Assembly (NCBI GenBank): GCA_023389575.1
Contig: JAEWEG010000014.1
Span: 20,564 to 84,563, forward strand
Reading direction: 5' to 3'
Length of the DNA stretch: 64,000 nucleotides
Origin: Chloroflexota bacterium
GTDB taxonomy: Bacteria > Chloroflexota > Chloroflexia > Thermomicrobiales > UBA6265
Shown: positions 19,812-28,057 of the stretch, piece after piece
How positions within the stretch are numbered: the first letter of the stretch is position 1
Layout of the letters: the number at the start of each line of letters is the position of its first letter
Made by a program: the position numbers and the translations under genes
The notes under the pieces: model-generated
Databases searched by the model: none
What the model saw: the letters and a program-made list of their open reading frames with translations, nothing else
Told to the model about the DNA's origin: nothing

Positions 19812-21029
19812 TCAGGATTCAGCCTCGAATCCCTGCGCGGGCGGTTGCGGGTTGCGCAGCGTCTTGTCCTGACGGTATCCGAGCGCATATTCCGCCTGGA
19901 GGATCTGGTGAATCTGGCTCGTGCCTTCGTAGATCACCGAGCCGCGAGCGTTCCGCATGAATCGCTCGACCGGGTACTCGTTCGAGAACCCATAGGAGCC
20001 ATGGATCTGGATCGCGTCATCGGCGGCGGCCAGCGCGGCATCCGTGGCGTACCACTTCGCCAGCGATGTCTCCTTCGTGTTTCGGATGCCCCGGTTCTTG
20101 AGCTCGGCCGCCTTGCTCACCAGCAGGCTTGACGCCTCGTAGCCAGCGACCATCTTGGCGATCATCTGCTGTACGAGCTGGTGCTTGCCGATCGGCTGCC
20201 CGAAGGTCTGGCGCTCGTTGGCGTACTTCACCGAGGCATCGAGCGACGCCCGGATCAGCCCGGTGGCGCCCGCCGCGACCGTGAACCGGCCCTGATCGAT
20301 GCAGCTCATCGCGATCTTGAATCCCTCGCCCTCTTCGCCAATGCGGTTCTCGGCGGGAACGCGGACATTGTTGAAGGCGAGTTCGCCGGTATTTCCGGCG
20401 CGGACCCCGAGCTTGCCCTTGATCGTGCCGGTCGTGAAACCCTCCATCCCGCGTTCGAGGACGAAGGCGGTCAGGCCACGATGACCGAGCGAGCGATCGA
20501 TGCTGGCGAAGACGAGGAAGTGGTCGGCGATGTCCGCCAGGGAGATCCACATCTTGGAGCCGTTGAGGATGTAGGAGTCACCATCCTTCACGACGGTGGA
20601 CTCGATGGCTCCCGCGTCGGAACCGGCGGCGGGTTCGGTCAGGCCGAAGGTGGCGATTTTCTCGCCCTGGGCCTGCGGCACCAGCCAGCGCTGCTTCTGC
20701 TCCTCGGACGCCCATTGCAGGAGCGAGAGCGAGTTGAGGCCGACGTGCACGCTCAGGATGACCCGGAGCGACGTGTCGACGTACTCCAGTTCCTCGCAGG
20801 CCAGGGCCAGGCTGATGTAATCGAGCCCGAGCCCTCCGTACTCTTCGGGAATCGGGAGCCCAAGCAGTCCCATCTCGCCAATCTTGTCGATCAGCGAGCG
20901 ATCGACCTTTCCTTCCTGGTCCCATTCGCGGATGTACGGCGCGACCTCTCGAGCGGCAAACTCGCGGACCATGTCGCGTACCTGGATCTGTTCTTCGGTC
21001 AGGTCAAAGTTCATGTGGTTCGCTTGCAC
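19812..21029 (-). CDS. Acyl-CoA dehydrogenase (short/medium-chain type)
   Basis: FDLTEEQ...LTEPAAGSDA...IYEGTSQI motifs. Start is ATG 21029 or 21014. Confidence 0.9.
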   Translation of the reverse strand: MQANHMNFDLTEEQIQVRDMVREFAAREVAPYIREWDQEGKVDRSLIDKIGEMGLLGLPIPEEYGGLGLDYISLALACEELEYVDTSLRVILSVHVGLNSLSLLQWASEEQKQRWLVPQAQGEKIATFGLTEPAAGSDAGAIESTVVKDGDSYILNGSKMWISLADIADHFLVFASIDRSLGHRGLTAFVLERGMEGFTTGTIKGKLGVRAGNTGELAFNNVRVPAENRIGEEGEGFKIAMSCIDQGRFTVAAGATGLIRASLDASVKYANERQTFGQPIGKHQLVQQMIAKMVAGYEASSLLVSKAAELKNRGIRNTKETSLAKWYATDAALAAADDAIQIHGSYGFSNEYPVERFMRNARGSVIYEGTSQIHQILQAEYALGYRQDKTLRNPQPPAQGFEAES

Positions 21030-21134
21030 TCCATGTAGGCACGAGTGGGTCGCCCCGCTGTTGGTGGATGACTCACGTAGCTGACCAAGTATACAGAGCG
21101 TTCGGGACGCTCCGGCCCGCCCTTTCGGGCATGT

Positions 21135-21884
21135 TCACCGAGCCTTTCGTGGCCCCCGCGTGAGGTCCCCGGAGACAATGGCGCGGACTCTGCCCGCCCC
21201 CTCCTCCAGCAGCAGCCCCCCGTGGTGATCGACGCCCCGGACGATCCCTTCATGGACGCGATCGCCGTCCTGAACCTGGACCTGCTCGCCCAGGTTGGCG
21301 AGCCGCCGTTCCAGGCGATGGAGAATGGCTCGATCGTCGCCGGCCTCGAAGGCGGCACGAACCGTCTCGAGGCGAACGAAAAGTTCCCTGAGCACGGCCT
21401 CGAAGTCAGGCGGCGCTCCCGCCTCGATGGCCAGGCTCGTGGCGGTCGAGGGCAGGTCGCCGTGGGAGGCCGAGCAATTCAGCCCGATGCCGGTGACCTG
21501 TCGATACCCGGTCGTACCTGGCACGACACCGTTGGTGACGAGGATGCCCGCGACCTTCCGTCCGTCGACCAACACGTCGTTCGGCCACTTCACCTGGCTT
21601 CGACGGTCGATGAAGGTGTCGACCGTTTCCGCGACGGCCACGCCCCAGGCTAGCGAGAGCAACCCGAGCGACGCCATCGGCCGATCGCTGGCGGTGATGA
21701 ACGAGAGGAGGATCGACGACCACGGAGCGGCCTGCCAGTGGCGGCCAGCCCGGCCCTTTCCCTGGGACTGGTACCCGGCGAGGACGACCGTGCCCGGCGT
21801 GGCTCCCCGGTTCGCCAGGTGGCGGGCCAGGTCCATGGTGCTGGTGACGTCGTCAAGACGAATGAGCGGGCGACCAACCGGCAT
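21135..21884 (-). CDS. birA: Biotin--[acetyl-CoA-carboxylase] ligase (no N-terminal HTH)
   Basis: AGYQSQGKGRAGRHW motif, KWPNDV. 249 aa. Confidence 0.85.
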   Translation of the reverse strand: MPVGRPLIRLDDVTSTMDLARHLANRGATPGTVVLAGYQSQGKGRAGRHWQAAPWSSILLSFITASDRPMASLGLLSLAWGVAVAETVDTFIDRRSQVKWPNDVLVDGRKVAGILVTNGVVPGTTGYRQVTGIGLNCSASHGDLPSTATSLAIEAGAPPDFEAVLRELFVRLETVRAAFEAGDDRAILHRLERRLANLGEQVQVQDGDRVHEGIVRGVDHHGGLLLEEGAGRVRAIVSGDLTRGPRKAR

Positions 21885-21890
21885 GCGCGC

Positions 21891-23228
21891 TCAGTCGTCC
21901 GCTGAATCGCCGGTTTCGGCGTCGTCGGCCGTCTCGTTGGAGTCGCTCCGGCCCCAGCGAGACGTGCGCTCGGGAGCCTTCTCCACCTCGGGCTCCTCAG
22001 GTGGCAGCTTGGTGAGACGTAGGCGGCGAATGCGATGGCGCTCCACGGCGAGGATCTCGATCCGAACCCCTTCGGCCTCGAAGGCGTCCCCCTGAATCGG
22101 CAGTCGACCAAGGTGCTTGTGGACGAATCCACCGAGCGTCCCGAAGTCGTCGTCTTCCTCGAAGGTGATCCGGAGCGCGTTCTCCACATCCTCGATCGGC
22201 AGGCGGCCGTCGGCCAGGAGCTGGTCCTCGGATGGCTGGTCGAAGAGCCATTCCTCGGAGTCGTACTCGTCCTGGATCTCGCCGACGATCTCCTCGAGCA
22301 CGTCCTCGATGGTGACGAGCCCGGCCGTGCCACCGTACTCGTCGGCGACGATGGCGAGATGGATACGCGACCTCCGCAGCTCGGCGAAGAGGACGTTCAG
22401 CCGCTTGGACTCCGGCACGACGAACGCTGGGCGAATGAGGTCGAGCAGCGGGATACGATTCGTATTGCCGATCACAAACGGCAGGAGGTCCTTCGCATAC
22501 AGGACCCCAATGATCCGGTCGATCGACTCCTGGTAGACGGGAATGCGCGAGTGCCCGGCCTTGACGATGGTGTCGATAAGCTCTCGTGGGTTGACGGTGC
22601 GGTCGACCGCGATGATGTCCAACCGGGGCACCATGATGTCGCGAACGGTCATCTCCTCCAGGCTGAGGATACCGTCGATCATCTCCCGCTCATCCGGGCC
22701 GATGATGGCGTCGTCGCGCTCGAAGCGCCGTGGCCGGAGTTCTTCCTCCAGCGCCGCCGCGTCCGGCTCGATGGTCTCGCCAGGCAGAATCGAGGTGAAT
22801 CCCCGGGCCAGTGCCTCGACGGCTCGATCGACCGGCGTAAGGATGACGGTGACGATGTGGCCGACCTTCAGCACATTGCCGAGGTAGGCATCGCTGGACT
22901 TGCTGGCCAGCGCCCTGGGCAACGCCAGACCGAAGACGACGAACACGGCCGCGACGATCGCCATGGCAACCCACTTGTTGACGACTTCGCCGAGCTGGCC
23001 CGTGGAAAGGATCGCCATGATGACCTGGAGCAGGACCATGGTGGCGGCGAGCAGTCGCCTCGGATCCACGAGCGACTGAACGGTTCTGAGCTTCGGGTTG
23101 TCCTCATTCCAGATCTGACGCAGGCGGACGGCGCTGGTAAGGCCGACCGTGGATTGGACAAGCGCGGCGAGACACATGGCCACCATGGCCAGTGTCGCGA
23201 AGAGAAGGTGTTGCCAGGCATCGTCCAC
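21891..23228 (-). CDS. Hemolysin-family/CNNM (DUF21-CBS pair-CorC_HlyC) divalent cation efflux protein
   Basis: N-terminal TM DUF21, tandem CBS (DIMVPR...HSRIPVY), C-terminal CorC_HlyC domain and an acidic tail. Confidence 0.85.
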   Translation of the reverse strand: MDDAWQHLLFATLAMVAMCLAALVQSTVGLTSAVRLRQIWNEDNPKLRTVQSLVDPRRLLAATMVLLQVIMAILSTGQLGEVVNKWVAMAIVAAVFVVFGLALPRALASKSSDAYLGNVLKVGHIVTVILTPVDRAVEALARGFTSILPGETIEPDAAALEEELRPRRFERDDAIIGPDEREMIDGILSLEEMTVRDIMVPRLDIIAVDRTVNPRELIDTIVKAGHSRIPVYQESIDRIIGVLYAKDLLPFVIGNTNRIPLLDLIRPAFVVPESKRLNVLFAELRRSRIHLAIVADEYGGTAGLVTIEDVLEEIVGEIQDEYDSEEWLFDQPSEDQLLADGRLPIEDVENALRITFEEDDDFGTLGGFVHKHLGRLPIQGDAFEAEGVRIEILAVERHRIRRLRLTKLPPEEPEVEKAPERTSRWGRSDSNETADDAETGDSADD

Positions 23229-23268
23229 GCGGGGGTCCCATCTGATCGCGGCGCGAGTTGGTGCGCCT

Positions 23269-24204
23269 TTAGGTGAACAGGGCCGATACGCTCAGGCCCT
23301 TGTGTGTCCGCATGATCGCTTCGGCGAGCAACGGCGCCACGCTGACGACCTCGACGCGACCGTTGGTGACGAGCGGCGGCGGAATCGTATCGGTGACGAA
23401 GATTTGGCCGATATTGGACGCGTTGATGAGGTCCATGGCGTCGGCGGCGAAGATGCCGTGGGTGGCGGCGACGTGGACCTCGCGGGCGCCACGCTCCTCC
23501 AGCAGACGCGCGGCCTGGACGAGGGTGCCACCAGTTGAAATCATGTCGTCGACGATGACGGCGATCTTGCCATCGACATCGCCGACCATCTCCAGCGTCT
23601 CGGTGGCGTCCGGTTTGGGATGCTGTTTGGAGATGATGGCCAGCGACCCACCGACGCGAACCCGGAAATCCTCCGCGCGGGCCACGCCTCCGGCATCGGG
23701 ACTGACGACCACCACATCGTCCTGCACCGCCCGGCGAAAGGCCCGGGCCAGGAGTGGGGTTGCCCGCAGGTGGTCGACCGGGATATCGAAGAAGCCCTCG
23801 ATGGCGGGTGCGTGGAGGTCGACGGCGAGGACGCGGTTGGCGCCGGAGGTGGTAAGGATGTCGGCGACGAGCTTGGCCGAGATCGGTTCACGTCCTGAAG
23901 TTTTCTTCTCCTGCTTCGCGTAGCCGTAGTACGGAATGACGGCCGTCACGCGCGCCGCGGACGCTCGCTTCAGGGCGTCAAGCACGAGCAGGAGTTCCAT
24001 GACGTTGTGATCGACGGGATGGGACGTCGGCTGGATGATGAAGACATCCGAGCCGCGCACGTTCTCCTCGATCTTGACGCGGGTTTCGCCATTCTTCCAC
24101 AGGCCAACCTCGGCCCGGCCAAGGCTCACCTCCAGCTCGCTGGCGATGTCGGCGGCGAGTTCGGGATGCGCGGTTCCGGTGAAGAGTTGAAGCCTGCCGT
24201 CCAT
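23269..24204 (-). CDS. prs: Ribose-phosphate pyrophosphokinase
   Basis: LFTGTAHPELA...VIPYYGYAKQEKK...DDMISTGGT motifs. Confidence 0.95.
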   Translation of the reverse strand: MDGRLQLFTGTAHPELAADIASELEVSLGRAEVGLWKNGETRVKIEENVRGSDVFIIQPTSHPVDHNVMELLLVLDALKRASAARVTAVIPYYGYAKQEKKTSGREPISAKLVADILTTSGANRVLAVDLHAPAIEGFFDIPVDHLRATPLLARAFRRAVQDDVVVVSPDAGGVARAEDFRVRVGGSLAIISKQHPKPDATETLEMVGDVDGKIAVIVDDMISTGGTLVQAARLLEERGAREVHVAATHGIFAADAMDLINASNIGQIFVTDTIPPPLVTNGRVEVVSVAPLLAEAIMRTHKGLSVSALFT

Positions 24205-24213
24205 ATGTGTCCC

Positions 24214-25668
24214 CTACTCCTCGCTGCCAGCGGCCGCCGCTTTCCGGCGGTTGCCAATGGGGCGGGCTGGCACACCCACGACCGTTGCCCCTGGTTCGAC
24301 ATCGCGGTTGACGACGGACCCGGCGCCCGTTCGTGCCCGGTCGCCGACGGTGACCGGGGCGATCAGCACCGAATCGCTTCCGATGAACGCATTGTCGCCG
24401 ATGTTGGTCGGATGCTTGGCGGTTCCGTCGTAATTCGCGGTGATTGTGCCAGCGCCGATGTTGGTGTGCTCGCCAATGGTGGTGTCGCCGATATAGGAGA
24501 AGTGGGCGACGTGGGAGCCATCTCCGACAGCGGAGTTCTTGAGCTCGGCAGAGGTGCCGACGTGGACGTTAGGCCCGATGCGGGTGTTCACCCGAAGGTG
24601 GGCATACGGGCCGACCCGGGTGCCCTCGCCGACCGAGGAGCCGGTGACCGTGGATGACCGCAGCTCGACCTTGTCGGCGATGACGGCGTCGTGCAGCACG
24701 GCGTGCGGCCCGATCTGGCAGCCCGATCCGATGATGGTTTTGCCCGTGATGACCGAGAACGGGAGAATGGTGGTATCCGAGCCAATTTCCACGGTGTCGT
24801 CAATGAAGATAGTGTCCGCGCCGATGAGCGAGACGCCCGCCTTCAGGAACCGCTGCCGCACATGGCGGCGAACGATCTCGTCGGCCGCGGCCTGCTGGCT
24901 CCGGTCGTTGATGCCGTGAGCGACTTCCTCGCCGGCCTGGACCGTCGCGATCGGCCAGGGATCACCTTCGCGCATGCCGTCGATGGCGACCTCGAGGATA
25001 TCCGTCAGCAGGTATTCGTTGCCCGCGTCGGCGCTCCTCTGGATCCGGGCAAGGGCGTCCTTCGCCCAGGCGGCGTCGAGCACCATGATGCCGCTGTTGA
25101 TTTCGCAGCTGCCCTGTCGCCTGGCGGGATCGTCGTTCTTGAGTTCGACGATGCGGCGGGCGTTGTGGTGCTCGTCGCGCTCGATGCGGCCGTAGCTCTG
25201 GGCATCGGGTACGACACAGGTCAGGATGGTGACCCTGGCGCCGGATTCGGTGGCATGTTCGACGAGCTTGCGGACAGCTTCGCCGGTGAGCAACGGACTA
25301 TCGCCGAGCAGGGACACGAGCCAGGTGGTGGGCCGCAACTGCTCCAGAGCGGTACGGACCGCGCCCGCGGTGCCGTCGGCCACCTGCTGAACAACGGTTT
25401 CGAACTGGCCTTCCATGCCCAGGCGGGATGGCAGGTCAACGAGTTCAGGGCTGACCACCGTGACGATCTGCGCGGGCTGGATGGCCAGGCCCGCGCGGAT
25501 GACGCGCTCGACGATCGGCGTTCCCGCGACCGGGTGGAGATGCTTGGGGGTGGCCGACTTCATCCGGGTGCCGTGGCCCGCCGCGAGGACGGCAACGGCC
25601 ACGTTCGCGCCCAGGGCAGTGGAGGTGGTTGGTTCCGTGGTCACTCGAACAGTCTCTTCCCCGCTCAT
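24214..25668 (-). CDS. glmU: Bifunctional UDP-GlcNAc pyrophosphorylase / GlcN-1-P acetyltransferase
   Basis: VLAAGHGTRMKS N-domain and a C-terminal hexapeptide LbH domain. The 666-aa track ORF is trimmed to ATG 25668 because its upstream part reads through the tRNA-Gln. Confidence 0.9.
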   Translation of the reverse strand: MSGEETVRVTTEPTTSTALGANVAVAVLAAGHGTRMKSATPKHLHPVAGTPIVERVIRAGLAIQPAQIVTVVSPELVDLPSRLGMEGQFETVVQQVADGTAGAVRTALEQLRPTTWLVSLLGDSPLLTGEAVRKLVEHATESGARVTILTCVVPDAQSYGRIERDEHHNARRIVELKNDDPARRQGSCEINSGIMVLDAAWAKDALARIQRSADAGNEYLLTDILEVAIDGMREGDPWPIATVQAGEEVAHGINDRSQQAAADEIVRRHVRQRFLKAGVSLIGADTIFIDDTVEIGSDTTILPFSVITGKTIIGSGCQIGPHAVLHDAVIADKVELRSSTVTGSSVGEGTRVGPYAHLRVNTRIGPNVHVGTSAELKNSAVGDGSHVAHFSYIGDTTIGEHTNIGAGTITANYDGTAKHPTNIGDNAFIGSDSVLIAPVTVGDRARTGAGSVVNRDVEPGATVVGVPARPIGNRRKAAAAGSEE

Positions 25669-25772
25669 GGAAATCGTAAGTGGAACGCTGGTCAGGACCT
25701 TCGATTGGGCACGGGTTGCCCGCGTTCCATCTCCGATCCAGGTTAATGCTCTGCTGGCTGAATGAGGAATGG

Positions 25773-25846
25773 CTGGCTCGCGGGCCAGGATTCGAACCTG
25801 GAACAAAGGCTCCAAAGGCCCTTGTGATACCTTTTCACCACCCGCG
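25773..25846 (-). tRNA. tRNA-Gln (anticodon UUG), CCA encoded
   Basis: Hand-folded cloverleaf, 74 nt. Acceptor TCGCGGG/CCCGCGA (U1-A72), discriminator G73, D-arm GTGA-AAAGGTA-TCAC, anticodon arm AGGGC-CTTTGGA-GCCTT, T-arm CCAGG-TTCGAAT-CCTGG. Confidence 0.9.
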
Positions 25847-26024
25847 AATGTGGCCGAATAAAGTGTAGATGCTTCGCTGATTCCCTGCCAGACCAGCCCG
25901 GCAGCCCGGTCGTGGTCTTCCAGAGACGTTCCACCGCGCGTCTCGACTCCGCTGGGACAAAGTCCAGAAGGTCGCAAAGGCCCCTTCGGTAAGGTTTCGG
26001 GGAGTGTGTAAAACGGCCGACAAA

Positions 26025-26153
26025 AATCCATTAATCCATTAATTGCTGCTCGTGGGGCGATTCGGGCCGGAACGACGGGGATTCCCAGGACGGAATAAAT
26101 GTGCGGCGGCGAATTAATGTTGGCGCACGAATGATGTTGTCGTGCTTCGGAGC
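26025..26153 (+). repeat. AT-rich intergenic element, copy B (inverted twin of 301-430)
   Basis: See copy A. Lies between the divergent tRNA-Gln/glmU/prs unit and nrtR. Contains ATTAAT-type boxes and a local hairpin at 26100-26129. Confidence 0.8.
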
Positions 26154-26289
26154 GATGCGATGCGCGAAAACGTCCACCCAGTGAACGAATCGAACGGGGC
26201 AATGTCCGCCACATCGTTCAATATGGCGTCGCGCCCGCTTCGTGTGTACGAGTCGCGGGGCAAATGATGTACGCTCAGGTGCGAAGTCT

Positions 26290-27036
26290 ATGGCTGCGTG
26301 GCGGGGGTACGAAATCATGGAGCGGGAACCGCGACAGGACAATCAGGGTGACCAGGCGCCGCCACGGTTAACGATCATCGCGGTTCCCTTCCGGCTGCGC
26401 AATTTCCGGCTGGAGGCGGGACACCGCGCCAACACGAGGTTCGGCACCACGCTCATCACTGGCCAGCCGGAAGGCGACGAATCGCTGGACGCCACGGCGA
26501 CCCGGATCATCCAGCAGTGGATCGGCGCTCCCCCGCAGTACATCGAACAGCTCTACACGCTGAGCACGGACCGTAATGGGCGGAAGGAAGTGGCGGTCAG
26601 TTATGTCGCCCTCTTCCGGCAGGACGCCGATCACGAGGACGCGGACGACCGCACGTACTGGAGCCCGGTGGACGAGCTGAAGATCAATGACGAGATCCAC
26701 CGGATGGTGTTCGACTACGCCCTGGTGCGCCTGCGGGCGAAGCTGGGGTACACGAACATCGGGTTCCACCTGTTGCCCGAGGAATTCACGCTCTCGGAAC
26801 TCCAGCAAACGTACGAGACCGTGCTCGGCCACCCGGTGGACAAGCGGAATTTCCGGCGGCGAATGACCGCCTCCGGTACACTCACGAATACGTACAAGAT
26901 GCGCCGCGATGTCAGTCACCGCCCGGCCGCGTTGTACAAATTCGCCGCGCAGGACGATCACGCCGCCTACCTTACGCCTTCCTGGGCGGCCGCGACCCTT
27001 TCACACCGGCAGGACACCAACCAGGACGCTGACTAG
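26290..27036 (+). CDS. nrtR: NrtR-like Nudix-related transcriptional regulator (degenerate Nudix domain + C-terminal winged helix)
   Basis: The Nudix-box position reads GQPEGDESLDATATRIIQQWIGA, so the catalytic REUxEE glutamates are lost. The C-terminal FTLSELQQTYETVLG...DKRNFRRRM matches the NrtR wHTH. Alternative start is ATG 26317. Confidence 0.75.
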   Translation: MAAWRGYEIMEREPRQDNQGDQAPPRLTIIAVPFRLRNFRLEAGHRANTRFGTTLITGQPEGDESLDATATRIIQQWIGAPPQYIEQLYTLSTDRNGRKEVAVSYVALFRQDADHEDADDRTYWSPVDELKINDEIHRMVFDYALVRLRAKLGYTNIGFHLLPEEFTLSELQQTYETVLGHPVDKRNFRRRMTASGTLTNTYKMRRDVSHRPAALYKFAAQDDHAAYLTPSWAAATLSHRQDTNQDAD

Positions 27037-27057
27037 CAGCTTCGAGGAGATATTCCC

Positions 27058-27900
27058 TTGTCCAGGCATTACGGCATTGTGGCGGCATTCAGCAAACCCG
27101 AGGCGAAGACCCTGGGAGACGAGATTTCCGCCTGGCTGGTGGAACAGGGCCACGCGGTGGTGACCGAAGCCGAGTTGAACGCGAACGGCACGGCCGGGGT
27201 GGAAGCCGTGGTGGTGCTCGGTGGTGACGGTCTCATGATGCGGGCGGCGAACGTCTATCCAGACGTTCCGCTGCTGGGTATCAATTTCGGCAAGGTCGGA
27301 TTCCTGGCGCTGGTGGAACAGCAGGACTGGCGACAGGCGATGGAAAACCTGATCGGCGGGAACTTCTCCCTGGAAACCAGTTCGACGCTGGAGGCGACCC
27401 TGATCCGGCGCGCGGATTCCCACGACGAAGGCTGGGCGATCAACGACGTTGTGATCCGCGGCGGAAACCGGATGCTGGACATAGAGGTGTACATTGACGG
27501 GCATTTCGTGAACACCTACCCCGGGGACGGCATGATCGTCTCCACTGCGCGAGGCAGCACGGCCTACTGCATGGCGGCGGGCGGCCCTATCCTGACCGCC
27601 GGTGTGCAGGGCTACGCCATCGTTCCGATTTCCTGCCACTCCCCGATCCGAACACCGATGGTGGTGTCCGAGGCCGCGACGATCGAACTGGTGTCCGCCA
27701 ACGACCACGAAGGTTCCGTGATCCTCGATGGGCGAACCAAGACCGACCTGATGCAGGGTGACGTGATCAGGATCAGGCGGGGCGTGCATACGTTCCAACT
27801 GGTGACGTTCGGCAACACCAACTTCTACGACGCGATCCGGGAGAAGTTCAACTTCCAGATCCGGCCGGACGCGGTGCCGACCCGGCCTTCCAGGACTTAG
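27058..27900 (+). CDS. nadK: NAD kinase
   Basis: GGDGLMMRAA...GINFGKVGFLA...NDVVI motifs. TTG start with a GAGGAG RBS 8 nt upstream. Confidence 0.9.
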   Translation: MSRHYGIVAAFSKPEAKTLGDEISAWLVEQGHAVVTEAELNANGTAGVEAVVVLGGDGLMMRAANVYPDVPLLGINFGKVGFLALVEQQDWRQAMENLIGGNFSLETSSTLEATLIRRADSHDEGWAINDVVIRGGNRMLDIEVYIDGHFVNTYPGDGMIVSTARGSTAYCMAAGGPILTAGVQGYAIVPISCHSPIRTPMVVSEAATIELVSANDHEGSVILDGRTKTDLMQGDVIRIRRGVHTFQLVTFGNTNFYDAIREKFNFQIRPDAVPTRPSRT

Positions 27901-27993
27901 CGACCAGCGTTCCGGGATTCGCACAAAGCGGACAACCGGTGATCGAGCCGGTTGCATGATGGTTGAAACCACGCCATGCCACCGTTCTTTCCA

Positions 27994-28014
27994 GGGCCGG
28001 CACAAGGCCGGCCC
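27994..28014. terminator. Candidate hairpin between convergent nadK and the Zn-ribbon gene
   Basis: GGGCCGG-CACAAGG-CCGGCCC, a 7-bp GC stem with no clear U-tract. Confidence 0.3.
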
Positions 28015-28057
28015 CTACGAAAGATCGTTCCGGTACAGGATGCACCGTCCTCTGATA

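Noticed and set aside
301-26153. The two inverted ~130-bp elements as ends of a composite transposon, an invertible segment or an integrated island (tRNA-Gln lies next to one copy)
   Set aside because: The 25.6 kb between them is core metabolism (the his operon, prs, glmU, birA, beta-oxidation genes) with no transposase, integrase or recombinase. The repeats are inverted, only block-wise similar, and do not overlap the tRNA 3' end as att sites would.
26025-26153. NAD+ riboswitch upstream of nrtR-nadK
   Set aside because: CAACA-type motifs occur only on the strand opposite to nrtR and nadK. I could not fit the nadA or pnuC motif architectures from memory. A cmscan is needed before any such claim.
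25669-26214. N-terminal 182 codons of the 666-aa glmU track ORF
   Set aside because: This part reads straight through the tRNA-Gln gene and the repeat element. The GlmU homology starts at MSGEETV...AVLAAGHGTRMKS, so the CDS is trimmed to ATG 25668.
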